This document shows positions 43,934-53,507 of a stretch of 64,000 bases of DNA, one piece after another (positions within the stretch are counted from its first letter, which is position 1; each line of letters begins with the position of its first letter). Position numbers and translations under genes: made by a program. The stretch comes from Actinomycetota bacterium (GTDB taxonomy: Bacteria; Actinomycetota; Actinomycetes; Mycobacteriales; SCTD01). The stretch covers positions 2,333-66,332 of the forward strand of contig JBKOVB010000113.1 of assembly GCA_046723735.1 (NCBI GenBank). The letters run 5' to 3'. A model generated the notes under the pieces. That model was not told the DNA's origin and did not search any database. It saw only the letters and a program-made list of their open reading frames with translations.

Positions 43934-45070
43934 ATGACTGCCCTGCAGCACAAGCAGACCAGCCCGATCGCCCACCTGACCACGGCCGACGTCGAGCAGC
44001 TCGGCAAGGAGCTCGACGCCATCCGGCAGCAGGTGCTCGACAGCCGGGGCGAGCGCGACGCGGCCTACATCCGTCGCGTCATCAAGACCCAGCGGATGCT
44101 CGAGATGAGCAGCCGCGGCGTGCTGCTGCTGTCGCTGTTCCCTCCGGCGTGGCTCGCCGGCACGGCCGGGCTGTCGGTCGCGAAGATCCTCGAGAACATG
44201 GAGATCGGCCACAACGTCATGCACGGCCAGTGGGACTGGATGCGCGACCCGGCGATCCACTCCTCCACCTGGGAGTGGGACAACGTCGTGCCGGCCGAGC
44301 AGTGGAAGCACTCGCACAACGAGGTGCACCACACCTGGACGAACGTGCTCGGCAAGGACAACGACCTCGGCTACGGCATCATGCGCGTGGACGAGGACCA
44401 GAAGTGGCACCCGTTCTACCTCGGTCAGCCGCTGTGGAACTTCCTGAACATGTGCCTGTTCGAGTACGGCATCGCGGCCTACGACCTCGAGATCGGCAAG
44501 GCGCTCAAGGGGCGGGTCGACAAGCAGGAGTTCCGCCGCAAGGCCCGGGGCGTGCTGGGCAAGCTGAAGAAGCAGGTCCTCAAGGACTACCTGGTGCACC
44601 CGCTGCTGTCCGGCCCGTCGGCCGCGACCACCCTGGCGGCCAACGCGACCGCGAACCTGGTGCGCAACGTCTGGACCCACTCGGTCATCATGTGCGGCCA
44701 CTTCCCCTCGGGCATCGAGACCTTCACCAAGTCCTCGATCGAGGGCGAGACCCGTGGCGAGTGGTACCTCCGGCAGATGCTGGGGTCGGCGAACATCAGC
44801 GGCGGGCCGCTGCTGCACCTCATGACCGGCAACCTGTCCTACCAGGTGGAGCACCACCTGTACCCGGACCTGCCCAGCAACCGCTACCAGGAGATCGCGC
44901 CGAAGGTGCAGGAGATCTTCGAGCGCTACGGGCTCACCTACGTCACCGGGCCGCTGCCCAAGCAGGTGGCCTCGGCGTGGGCCAAGGTGCTGCGCCTGTC
45001 ACTGCCCAGCTCGCCCGGGCGTACGACGACCGCGGCTCCGGCCGAGGAGGCCGCGGACCCCGCGGCCTGA
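43934..45070 (+). CDS. desA3: Membrane acyl-CoA delta-9 desaturase
   Basis: ENMEIGHNVMHGQWDW, HNEVHHTWTN, QVEHHLYPDLP His boxes. Confidence 0.9.
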   Translation: MTALQHKQTSPIAHLTTADVEQLGKELDAIRQQVLDSRGERDAAYIRRVIKTQRMLEMSSRGVLLLSLFPPAWLAGTAGLSVAKILENMEIGHNVMHGQWDWMRDPAIHSSTWEWDNVVPAEQWKHSHNEVHHTWTNVLGKDNDLGYGIMRVDEDQKWHPFYLGQPLWNFLNMCLFEYGIAAYDLEIGKALKGRVDKQEFRRKARGVLGKLKKQVLKDYLVHPLLSGPSAATTLAANATANLVRNVWTHSVIMCGHFPSGIETFTKSSIEGETRGEWYLRQMLGSANISGGPLLHLMTGNLSYQVEHHLYPDLPSNRYQEIAPKVQEIFERYGLTYVTGPLPKQVASAWAKVLRLSLPSSPGRTTTAAPAEEAADPAA

Positions 45071-45182
45071 GGCCGGCCCCCGAACCCAGCAAGGGATGAA
45101 CGCCAGCCGCCGGCCGCACGTGTGTCAGGGCAGGCGTGCGTCACGCGTGTCTCCCCGCGTGACCACGCCGCTCAGCAACCAG

Positions 45183-46307
45183 TCAGTCGACGGTCTCGAG
45201 GAAGCGACGCTCCTCGTCCTCGTACCTCGAGGGGTTCACGTTCCAGGCCTCCACGTGCTCCACACCCTCGGGGTGCTGGAACGTCACGCGCTCCGGCACC
45301 TTGTCCGCCAGCACCTCGCTGCCACTGACCGGCACGAGCGTGTCGCCGCTCCCGTGCACCAGCAGCGTCGGCACCTTCACCCAGCTCGTGTCGTCCAGGT
45401 AGTCGAGCGCACCCCAGTCCAGGCCGTACCGCAGGGTGGCCAGGCGCTTCGCGCTCCACACGACCGGGCTCGGCAGCGGCAGCGAGTACTCCTCCGCCCC
45501 CAGGTCCACGGCGCGCTCGAACGACAGCAGCGGCGAGTCGAGCAGCATCCCGGACACGACCGACGCGCGCGGCGAGTGCTGCATGAAGGCCGCCACGATC
45601 GCGCCGCCCATGCTGGCCCCGACCAGGACCACGCGCCGAGCTCCCTGCTGCTGCGCCCACGCCACGGCGGCCTCGAGGTCGCGCCACTCGGTCTGGCCGT
45701 ACTGATACCGGCGTGAGCGGTCGAGCGGGAGGGCCGCGTCGTTGCGGTAGGTGATGTCCAAGGCCGACAGGCCAAGCCGCACCGGCACGCGCATCATCCG
45801 GAGCATCTCCTCGCGGCTCGCGCCCTTCCCGTGCACGAGCAGGACCCAGGTGCTCGACCGGCCGGGCACGTACCACGCCGGGAAGGTGCCGGCCGGCGAC
45901 CGGTACGTCACCTGCTGCACCGGTACGCCGAGGGCCAGCTGCGGTATGGCGGGGAACGCGTCCTCGGTCAGCGCCACGGCCTGCCCCAGCTCAGGCACGT
46001 GCCCGGTGAGCAGCCGGAAGGGCCTGGTGACCTCGCCGCCCCGGGACCCGCGCCCGCTGATCTGGCCGTACCCGCCGGACCACTGCACGCCGTACACGCC
46101 CGGCTCGTGGAGCTCGAGGACGTGCTCCTTCTCCCGCAACGTGATCGACGTGCCGCTCAGCGCCGTGACCACGAGGTCCTTGTCCGGGAACCACGGCTCG
46201 ACCGCGAAGCCCTGCTCCTCGATCTGCCCCGCGAAGTACCAGCCGGTGCCGAGCAGGAGCACACCCAAGGCCACCACGAGCGCGGACAGCAGCCTGAGCG
46301 GGCGCAT
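45183..46307 (-). CDS. Secreted/membrane-anchored alpha/beta hydrolase
   Basis: N-terminal TM, LLVHG, YRND, GASMG, HGSGD..VP, HVEAWN. Confidence 0.85.
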   Translation of the reverse strand: MRPLRLLSALVVALGVLLLGTGWYFAGQIEEQGFAVEPWFPDKDLVVTALSGTSITLREKEHVLELHEPGVYGVQWSGGYGQISGRGSRGGEVTRPFRLLTGHVPELGQAVALTEDAFPAIPQLALGVPVQQVTYRSPAGTFPAWYVPGRSSTWVLLVHGKGASREEMLRMMRVPVRLGLSALDITYRNDAALPLDRSRRYQYGQTEWRDLEAAVAWAQQQGARRVVLVGASMGGAIVAAFMQHSPRASVVSGMLLDSPLLSFERAVDLGAEEYSLPLPSPVVWSAKRLATLRYGLDWGALDYLDDTSWVKVPTLLVHGSGDTLVPVSGSEVLADKVPERVTFQHPEGVEHVEAWNVNPSRYEDEERRFLETVD

Positions 46308-46420
46308 GGCCCCAGTGAAGCGAGCAGGAGCGCGGGAAGGAAGGCATGAGTTCGCCTTATCCCGCCCTTAGCCCCCGCCCCGGCAGCATGGCGGCACCCC
46401 CCGACCGACGAGGAAACCCC

Positions 46421-46906
46421 TTGGACATCGCGAATCTGTTCGGCCTGCCCGCCCATCCCCTGATCGTGCACGCGGTCGTCGTGCTTGTGCCGCTGGTCGC
46501 GCTCGGCGCGATCGCGATCGCGGTGTCGCCCTCGCTGCGTGCCCGCTACGGGACGCTCGTCGCCGCCGGCGCCGTGCTCGACGTGCTGCTGGTCCCTCTC
46601 GCCACCGGCAGCGGCGAGCAGCTGCAGCCGCGGGTGCAGGCGAGTGCGCTGCTCGAGCGGCACACCCAGCTCGGCGAGCAGCTGCTGCCCTTCGTGATCG
46701 CCCTCGCGGTCGCCACGGTCTACCTCATCGCCGCCCCCCGCCTGCGGGCCCGGCGCCCCGACGGCTCGCCGTGGTGGGCTGCACCGTGGATCGCCTCCGC
46801 CATGGTGGTCGTGGCGTTGCTCGGAGGCGCGGGCGCGTTGGTGCAGACGGTCCGCATCGGGCACAGCGGCGCGCAGGCCGCGTGGTCGGGCGTCGCCAAG
46901 CAGTAG
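46421..46906 (+). CDS. DUF2231 membrane protein
   Basis: GLPAHPLIVHAVVVLVPL, ATGSGE.L, H..LG, IGHSGA.AAW; TTG start after GAGGA. Confidence 0.8.
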   Translation: MDIANLFGLPAHPLIVHAVVVLVPLVALGAIAIAVSPSLRARYGTLVAAGAVLDVLLVPLATGSGEQLQPRVQASALLERHTQLGEQLLPFVIALAVATVYLIAAPRLRARRPDGSPWWAAPWIASAMVVVALLGGAGALVQTVRIGHSGAQAAWSGVAKQ

Positions 46907-46924
46907 CCGCAGTACGTTCGGCCC

Positions 46925-47806
46925 GTGGACGCGGCGATCTCGGTCTCGGGCCTGGTCAAGTCGTACGGTCGCACTCTCGCCCTGGACGGGCTCGACCTCA
47001 CGGTCCGCACCGGTGAGGTGCACGGCTTCCTCGGTCCCAACGGCGCCGGCAAGTCCACGACGCTGCTAATCCTGCTGGGGCTGCTGAAGAAGGACGCCGG
47101 CGGGATCCGGCTGCTCGGCGGCGACCCGTGGCGTGACGCGGCGACCCTGCACCGCCGGCTGGCGTACGTGCCCGGCGAGGTGAACCTGTGGCCCACGCTC
47201 ACCGGCGGGGAGGTCATCGACCTGCTCGGCCGGCTGCGGGGCGGCGTCGACCCGGCACGTCGGGCCGCGCTGCTCGACCGGTTCGACCTCGACCCGACCA
47301 AGAAGGGCCGGACCTATTCCAAGGGCAACCGGCAGAAGGTCGCGCTGGTCGCCGCGCTCGCCTCCGACGTCGAGCTGCTGCTGCTCGACGAGCCGACAGC
47401 CGGGCTCGACCCGATCATGGAGGCGGAGTTCCGGGCGTGCGTCGGGGAGGAGCGCTCCCGAGGCCGCACCGTGCTGCTGTCCAGCCACCTGCTCGACGAG
47501 GTGGAGGCCGTCTGCGACGCCGTCAGCATCATCCGCGCCGGACGCACGGTCGAGAGCGGCTCGCTGGAGGAGCTGCGGCACCTCCGCCGTACGACGGTGA
47601 CCGCCGAGCTCGACGCGGTGCCGGAGGGCGTCGCGTCGCTGCCGGGGGTGCACGACGTCGTCGTCGAGGGCGGCCGGCTGCGCTGCCACGTCGAGCCGGA
47701 CGCGCTCAACGGGCTGCTGGCCGTGCTGACCCGCGCCGGCGTGCGGTCGCTGCGCAGCGAGCCGCCGACCCTGGAGGAGCTGTTCCTCCGGCACTACACG
47801 TCATGA
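46925..47806 (+). CDS. ABC exporter ATP-binding protein (TnrB2/polyether-ionophore resistance-like)
   Basis: [45 protein letters not shown]. Confidence 0.9.
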   Translation: MDAAISVSGLVKSYGRTLALDGLDLTVRTGEVHGFLGPNGAGKSTTLLILLGLLKKDAGGIRLLGGDPWRDAATLHRRLAYVPGEVNLWPTLTGGEVIDLLGRLRGGVDPARRAALLDRFDLDPTKKGRTYSKGNRQKVALVAALASDVELLLLDEPTAGLDPIMEAEFRACVGEERSRGRTVLLSSHLLDEVEAVCDAVSIIRAGRTVESGSLEELRHLRRTTVTAELDAVPEGVASLPGVHDVVVEGGRLRCHVEPDALNGLLAVLTRAGVRSLRSEPPTLEELFLRHYTS

Positions 47807-49386
47807 GCGCGTACGCCGGCACCTGGCGCCTCCTGCGACTGGTGCTGCGCCGCGACCGGGTGCTGTTGCCCGCGTGGCTCGCCGTGCTGCTGCTCAGCGT
47901 CTGGAGCTCCGCCTCCGCGACCGCCGACCTGTACCCGACTCAAGCCTCTCGGGTCGCGGCCGCCCGCGGCATCAACAGCAGCACGTCGCTGGTGGCGCTC
48001 TACGGCCGGGTGTACGACGAGACCTCGCAGGGAGCGGTGTCGCTCATCAAGATGATCGCCTTCGGGTCGGCGATGGTGGCCCTGCTCGCGATCGTGCTCG
48101 TGGTGCGGCACACCCGCGGCGAGGAGGAGAACGGTCGGCTGGAGCTGCTCGGCGCCACCGTGGTGGGCCGCCGCGCGGCGCTCGCCGCGGCGGTGCTCGG
48201 GGTGAGCGGCGCGATGACAGTCCTCGGCCTGCTCGCCGCGCTGGCGCTACGCGCCTGCGGGCTGCCGCTCGACGGATCGCTGGTGTTCGGGCTGGCCTGG
48301 GCCGGCAACGGGATCGCCTTCGCCGCCGTCGCGGCGCTGACCGCGCAACTGACGACGAGCGCGCGGGCCGCGACCGGGCTGGCCGCGACCGGGCTCGGCG
48401 CGAGCTACTTGCTGCGCGCGCTCGGCGACGCCGGCTCGCCGTCGTGGCTCACCTGGCTCAGCCCAGTGGGCTGGGCCGAGCAGCTCCGACCCTTCGCCGG
48501 CAACCGCTGGGCCGTGGTGCTGCTGACCCTCGGGTTCGCGCTCGCCTGCGGGGTGGCGGCGTTCCAGCTCGCCGCCCGGCGCGACCTGGGCGCCGGTGTG
48601 CTCGCCGACCGACCGGGGCCGGCGCACGGCCGGCTCGGCAGCCCGCTCGGGCTGGCGTGGCGGCTGCAGCGCTGGGGCCTGCTGGGCTGGACAGCGGGGT
48701 TCGTCGTCCTCGGCGCCGTGATCGGCAGCCTCGCGTCGACGGTGGGCGACCTGCTCAGCAGCGAGCAGGCGCAGGACTGGATCCGACGCCTGGGCGGGCA
48801 GCAGCACCTCACCGACGCCTTCCTCGCGACAGAGCTCGGCTTCGGAGCGGTCATCGCCTCGGCGTACGGCATCTCGTCGGTCAACCGGCTGCGCGCGGAG
48901 GAGACCGGGCTGCGCGCCGAGCCGGTGCTCGGCACCGCCACGAGCCGTACCCGCTGGATGGCCGGCCACGTCACCCTGGCCCTCGGCGGGACGGTCTGGC
49001 TGATGCTCGCGCTCGGCGTGACCGCCGGGGTCGCGCACGGGGTGACGACGCACGACGTGGCGAGCACCCTGCCGCGGCTGCTCGGAGCCGCCGCAGCACA
49101 GCTGCCGGCGGTGTGGCTGGTGGTCGGCATCGCGCTTGCGGCGTTCGGGCTGACGCCGAGGCTGGGCAACCTCGGGTGGACGGCGCTGGTCGGGTTCCTG
49201 CTGCTCGGGGAGCTCGGCCCGGTGCTGCGCCTCGACCGGTGGGTGATGGACCTGTCGCCGTACGCCCACACCCCGCGGCTACCCGGCACCGCCGCAGACC
49301 TCAGCCCGCTGGCCGCGCTCAGCGCCCTCGCGGTCGCGCTCCTCGTTGCAGGGTTCGTGGGCTTCCGACGCCGCGACGTCGGCTGA
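47803..49386 (+). CDS. ABC exporter permease (TnrB3-like polyketide antibiotic transporter)
   Basis: [49 protein letters not shown]. Confidence 0.85.
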   Translation: MSAYAGTWRLLRLVLRRDRVLLPAWLAVLLLSVWSSASATADLYPTQASRVAAARGINSSTSLVALYGRVYDETSQGAVSLIKMIAFGSAMVALLAIVLVVRHTRGEEENGRLELLGATVVGRRAALAAAVLGVSGAMTVLGLLAALALRACGLPLDGSLVFGLAWAGNGIAFAAVAALTAQLTTSARAATGLAATGLGASYLLRALGDAGSPSWLTWLSPVGWAEQLRPFAGNRWAVVLLTLGFALACGVAAFQLAARRDLGAGVLADRPGPAHGRLGSPLGLAWRLQRWGLLGWTAGFVVLGAVIGSLASTVGDLLSSEQAQDWIRRLGGQQHLTDAFLATELGFGAVIASAYGISSVNRLRAEETGLRAEPVLGTATSRTRWMAGHVTLALGGTVWLMLALGVTAGVAHGVTTHDVASTLPRLLGAAAAQLPAVWLVVGIALAAFGLTPRLGNLGWTALVGFLLLGELGPVLRLDRWVMDLSPYAHTPRLPGTAADLSPLAALSALAVALLVAGFVGFRRRDVG

Positions 49387-49443
49387 CCCCGTTCACCCGT
49401 CCGGGTCACCACCACCGCTCGGAGGGCGTCGAGACCACCTGGC

Positions 49444-50361
49444 ATGGAGCCCGACAGCAGCACCCACCCCTGGATGCACCGGGCGCCTTGGGTCATCGGC
49501 CTGCTGGTCGTCGCCGCCCTGGCCGCGGCGCCTGTCGTCACCGGTCGGGCGCTGCACCCGATGGGTCTCGCCGAGGCAGCGGCCGGGGCGGTGCTCGCGA
49601 CCACCTGTTCCGGCCTCGCACTGGCCAGCTCTCGCCGTACCCGCCTGCCGCTGCGGGTCGCAGCTCCGGCCGTGCTGGCGGTCACCGCCTGCAACGCCAT
49701 CACCCCGGCCGGGGTGGGCGGCACCGTGCTGACGCACCGCATCCACCGGCGTACCGGGCTGTCCCCGCCCGAGGCGAACGCAGCGCTCGCCGTCCGCGGC
49801 ATCGCCGGCTCGCTCGCGGCCTTCAGCGGCGGCGTGTTCGCCGCCCGCTACGCCGGGGTCGTGACCCACCACGCGCTGCCCGGCCTGCGCACCGTCGCCC
49901 TCGGCGCCGGCGTCGTGCTGCTCGTCGTCGGAGCCACCCTGGTCGTGCAGCGGCACCGCGCCGTCTCGCTGCTCGACCAGGCCCGCGCCGCGCTCGTCAG
50001 CGCCGCCGGGCACCTGCGCCACCCCGGTCGTACCGCGGTGCTGCTGCTCGCCACCCACGGCCTGCTCGTCGCGCAGATCGTCTGCTTGCACGGCGCGCTC
50101 AACGCGGTCGGCCTCGCACCCAGCCTGCCTGTGCTGCTCGTGGCACAGGTCGGCGCGAACACCATGAAGAGCGCGAGTCCTTGGACCCCAGGCGGTCTGG
50201 GTGCCATCGAGGGCACCCTGGTGGCCGCCCTGCACAGCGGCGGGCTGCCGGCGGGCACGGCCGCGATGGGCGTGCTCGTCTACCGCGCCCTCGGCTGGTG
50301 GACGCCCGTGCTGCTCGGCATCGTGTCCCTCGGCGTGTTTCGCCGCCGGGGCCTGGTCTAA
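49444..50361 (+). CDS. Lysylphosphatidylglycerol synthase TM-domain (YbhN-like) membrane protein
   Basis: N.ITPAGVGG, TPGGLGAIEG, VLVYR...WW.P. Confidence 0.8.
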   Translation: MEPDSSTHPWMHRAPWVIGLLVVAALAAAPVVTGRALHPMGLAEAAAGAVLATTCSGLALASSRRTRLPLRVAAPAVLAVTACNAITPAGVGGTVLTHRIHRRTGLSPPEANAALAVRGIAGSLAAFSGGVFAARYAGVVTHHALPGLRTVALGAGVVLLVVGATLVVQRHRAVSLLDQARAALVSAAGHLRHPGRTAVLLLATHGLLVAQIVCLHGALNAVGLAPSLPVLLVAQVGANTMKSASPWTPGGLGAIEGTLVAALHSGGLPAGTAAMGVLVYRALGWWTPVLLGIVSLGVFRRRGLV

Positions 50362-51161
50362 GCGGACAGCCGCTGCTTGGCGCGGGCCCGGTGGGGGCCC
50401 TGCCGCCAGGTCTCCGGTACGGCGAGAGCACCGCTGCGCAGCAGGTGCACCACCGCGGTGGCGCCCAGGTCGGTCGTCGGGAGCCCGGGCGTCCGGTACA
50501 TCCGCCGCGCCCACCGCGGCAGCAGCGCGAACGCGGTCGTGCTCAGCAACGTCCACAGCGGCAGCGCCGGGAGGGCCCTCCGAGGAACCGGCGGCAGCAG
50601 GACGAACCGCGCCGCCGCCCGGGCGGGCTCGGTGGCGCGCAGCTGGGGCCGCATCGCGGCGAAGTACGCGTCCATCTCCCGCTGCGAGGACGGCACATCC
50701 CCGAGCCCGAGGAGGTGCGCGCTGCGGACCTGCTCGGCGTAGTACCCGTCGCGCTCCTCGGGGGTGAGGCGCAGCCCGCCGCGCACCGCCGTGGTGAGGA
50801 ACGACGACGTCTCGCAGCAGTGCACCCAGCGCAGCAGCTCGGGATCGTCAGCGCGGTACCGCCGACCGCTCTCTGGCTCGATCCCGGTCACCTTGGTGTG
50901 GATCCGGCGCACCTTGGACGCGGCCTGCTCGGCCTGGGACGCGGTCCCGAAGGTCGTGACGCCGACGTACTCCGCCGTACGACGAAGCCGCCCCCACGGG
51001 TCGTCACGAAACCCTGAGCTCTGGGCCACGGCCGCCATCGGCAGCGGGTGCAGGGCCTGCAGCAGCAGGGCGCGCAGCCCGCCCAGCACCATCGTCGGGT
51101 CGCCGTGCACGCGCCAGGTCACGCTGTCGGGGCCGAACAGCCCCAGCTCGTCGGAGCCCAT
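50358..51161 (-). CDS. Oxygenase MpaB/DUF2236 family protein
   Basis: GLFGPDSVTWRVH, LLLQALHP, YRADDPELLRWVH. Confidence 0.88.
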   Translation of the reverse strand: MGSDELGLFGPDSVTWRVHGDPTMVLGGLRALLLQALHPLPMAAVAQSSGFRDDPWGRLRRTAEYVGVTTFGTASQAEQAASKVRRIHTKVTGIEPESGRRYRADDPELLRWVHCCETSSFLTTAVRGGLRLTPEERDGYYAEQVRSAHLLGLGDVPSSQREMDAYFAAMRPQLRATEPARAAARFVLLPPVPRRALPALPLWTLLSTTAFALLPRWARRMYRTPGLPTTDLGATAVVHLLRSGALAVPETWRQGPHRARAKQRLSA

Positions 51162-51213
51162 CCCGCCATCCTGACGGCCTCGGGCTGGTACGTCATCCCC
51201 TTCTCGGGAAGCG

Positions 51214-52407
51214 TCAGATCATCGCGCGCATCGGCCCCGGCGGCGGCTCGATGTCGATCTGGCCGAGCGCGGACACGTGGTTGATCGAGCCGGGCACGTG
51301 GATCGCGTGAGCCAGGCCCATGTGGGCGTCGCGCCAGAACCGCTGCAGCGGATGGTCCATCCGCAGGCCGTTGCCCCCGGAGCGGGCCACGATCTCGTCG
51401 ACCGCCCGCACTGCGCGCCAGGCCGCGGCCACCTGGTCGCGCCGGCCCTCCGCGCGCTCGGCGAAGGTGAAAGTCTTGCCCTTGCTCACGCCGTCGTAGA
51501 AGCGGGCCACGTTGTCCAGGAGCACGGTGCGCGAAGCCTTGATCTCCGCGCTTGCCTCGCCGATGGCGGTAAGGACGTACGGGTCGTCCTTGATCTGCGT
51601 GCCGGTGATCTGCACGCGGGTCTTCTGGTACTCGAGGTGGTGCGCCAGGGCGCCCTCGGCCATGCCGATGACGGCCGAGGTGATCCCGAGCGGGAAGACC
51701 GCGGAGAACGGCACCTGGTAGAGCGGGTTCTCGAGCCCCATCTCCCGCCCGGCGGTGCCCTCGAAGATCTTGTTGATCAGCTCGGGGCCCATGACGCGGT
51801 AGTCCGGGACGAACGCGTCCTTGACGACGATGTCCTTGCTACCGGTGCCCTTCAGTCCGACGACGTCCCAGCTGTCCGGGACGATGGTGTAGTCCGACCG
51901 CGGGATCAGCACGTGCGCCATCTTCGGCGGCATGATCGGCGCGCCGTTCTCGTCGCCGACCAGGGCGCCGAGGAAGCACCAGTCGCAGTGGTCGGTGCCG
52001 GACGAGAACTGCCACCGGCCGGTGAAGCGGTAGCCGCCCTCGACCGGCTTGAGCACGCCCATGGGCGCGTACGGCGAGGCGATCCAGACGTCGGTGTCCG
52101 CACCCCAGATCTCCTGCCGGACGCGGTCGTCGGCGAAGGCCATCTCCCAGGGGTGGATGCCGACGATGCCGCCCAGCCAGCCGGTCGAGCCGTCGAGGGA
52201 CGCCAGGCGCATCACCGCCTCGGCCCACTCGACCGGGTGGGTCTCGTACCCGCCGTACTCCTTGGGGGCGAGCATCCGCATGATCCCGACCTCGCGCAGG
52301 ATCTTGGCGGCGCCCTCGGTGAGCTTGCCCTCGGCCTCGTTCGCCGGCCCGAAGGCGGCGATCTCGGCGGCACGCTCCTCGATGGCCGCCATCACGGATC
52401 CGGTCAC
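51214..52407 (-). CDS. Flavin-dependent hydroxylase, HsaA-like (acyl-CoA dehydrogenase fold)
   Basis: GRWQFSSGTDHCDW, SWDVVGLKGTGSKDI, PLQRFWRDAH. Confidence 0.85.
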   Translation of the reverse strand: MTGSVMAAIEERAAEIAAFGPANEAEGKLTEGAAKILREVGIMRMLAPKEYGGYETHPVEWAEAVMRLASLDGSTGWLGGIVGIHPWEMAFADDRVRQEIWGADTDVWIASPYAPMGVLKPVEGGYRFTGRWQFSSGTDHCDWCFLGALVGDENGAPIMPPKMAHVLIPRSDYTIVPDSWDVVGLKGTGSKDIVVKDAFVPDYRVMGPELINKIFEGTAGREMGLENPLYQVPFSAVFPLGITSAVIGMAEGALAHHLEYQKTRVQITGTQIKDDPYVLTAIGEASAEIKASRTVLLDNVARFYDGVSKGKTFTFAERAEGRRDQVAAAWRAVRAVDEIVARSGGNGLRMDHPLQRFWRDAHMGLAHAIHVPGSINHVSALGQIDIEPPPGPMRAMI

Positions 52408-52501
52408 GGTCTACCCCTTTTGCTCAGCGGTTCGTGCTCGCAGAGTGTTCAGGACGTAGCAGCAGGGCAGGCTGACGCGGGTCTCACCCAGCGGGACAGG
52501 C

Positions 52502-52861
52502 TCAGCCGAGGTGGCGGAACTCCGGCCACAGCTGCGACCACTGTGTCCGGGGCACGCAGAGCCGCAGGCTCGCCCCGTTCTCGTCGTTGTCCACGTGGTA
52601 CGGCGTGTGCAACCGCCCCAGATCCTGCACCTCGCTGCACCGCTGGTCGCCGCCACCTGCTGCCGGCGCGAGCAGGGCCAGGCCTCGTGCCAGGAGCGGG
52701 ACGAGCGGCGGCTGGTCCGGATAGCCCCAAGCCGGGTGGTGCCCAGCGGTGAGGAAGTAGAGCTCGTCGCGGTGGTAGCCGTCGCGACCCGAGACCAGCA
52801 GCAGCACCAGCCCGGTAAGACCGGCGACGAGCAGCACCGGACGGCGGGCGAAGGCGCTCAC
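52502..52861 (-). pseudogene. Internally deleted GT39/PMT_2 glycosyltransferase
   Basis: N-terminal GYHRDELYF..AG.H.AWGYPDQPPLVPLLAR joined in frame to the family C-terminus VDNDENG....C.....WSQLWP.FRHLG; only 119 aa. Confidence 0.75.
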
Positions 52862-52880
52862 GGGCCGTGACGCTAGGCCC

Positions 52881-52976
52881 TGTCTTGCGAGATTGCCGTC
52901 AGGCGGGACCGACCGAGCCGCTCCCACGCACACGAAGCCGGCCGGAGCCGGCAGCACTCAGCGATCTCGCAAGACA
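52881..52976. mobile_element. MITE-like element with terminal inverted repeats
   Basis: TGTCTTGCGAGATTGC ... GCGATCTCGCAAGACA (13 bp perfect, 15/16 overall); CTAGGCCC on the left flank. Confidence 0.5.
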
Positions 52977-52996
52977 AGCAAGGGAGTGGGGCCGGG

Positions 52997-53413
52997 TCAG
53001 TCCTTCTGGCCGGTGGCGAGCCACTCGAAGTTCTCGTAGATCTTCGGCTCGCCCGACTCCTCGCGGTGGTGCAGCGCGATCGCCTTGCAGCGCTCCCAAG
53101 CCCCCGCGACCCAGAGCAGGTCGTAGACGAGGTCCTTGTCCAGCAGGCCGTTCTTCACGAAGGTCCCGATGGTCTCGTTGAAGTTGAGCACCGCGTTGAC
53201 GCAGCGCGAGCCGTCGCTGCCGCGCGGGTGGTCCTTCGAGAACTGCTCGTACGACGGCGGCTTGTCGTAGCCGAAGAGCAGCTCCATCCCGTCGCTGGCC
53301 CGCTCCGCCACCGGGGTGCTCATGATCTGGACGAGCAGCTCGGCATCCTGGCGGGTGGCCGTGCGGGTGACGGTGAGGTCGCGGGCAGACTTGGCCCTGG
53401 TCGTGGTGGGCAT
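52997..53413 (-). CDS. DUF4760-like hypothetical protein
   Basis: VLNFNETIGTFVKNGLLDKDLV..W...R......YENFEWLA; GGAGGGG RBS. Confidence 0.65.
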   Translation of the reverse strand: MPTTTRAKSARDLTVTRTATRQDAELLVQIMSTPVAERASDGMELLFGYDKPPSYEQFSKDHPRGSDGSRCVNAVLNFNETIGTFVKNGLLDKDLVYDLLWVAGAWERCKAIALHHREESGEPKIYENFEWLATGQKD

Positions 53414-53507
53414 GGTCCCCTCCGATCGGAGGCGCGCGCGGGCGGCCCGCCCCCTTCGCCGGAGTGAAGCACCGGGCCGAGCGGGTGCCTAGACCTGGGG
53501 AGTGTCG

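Noticed and set aside
47874-51017. 1047-aa Arg-rich ORF
   Set aside because: Off-frame overlap of well-supported genes; R/G/P composition typical of shadow frames.
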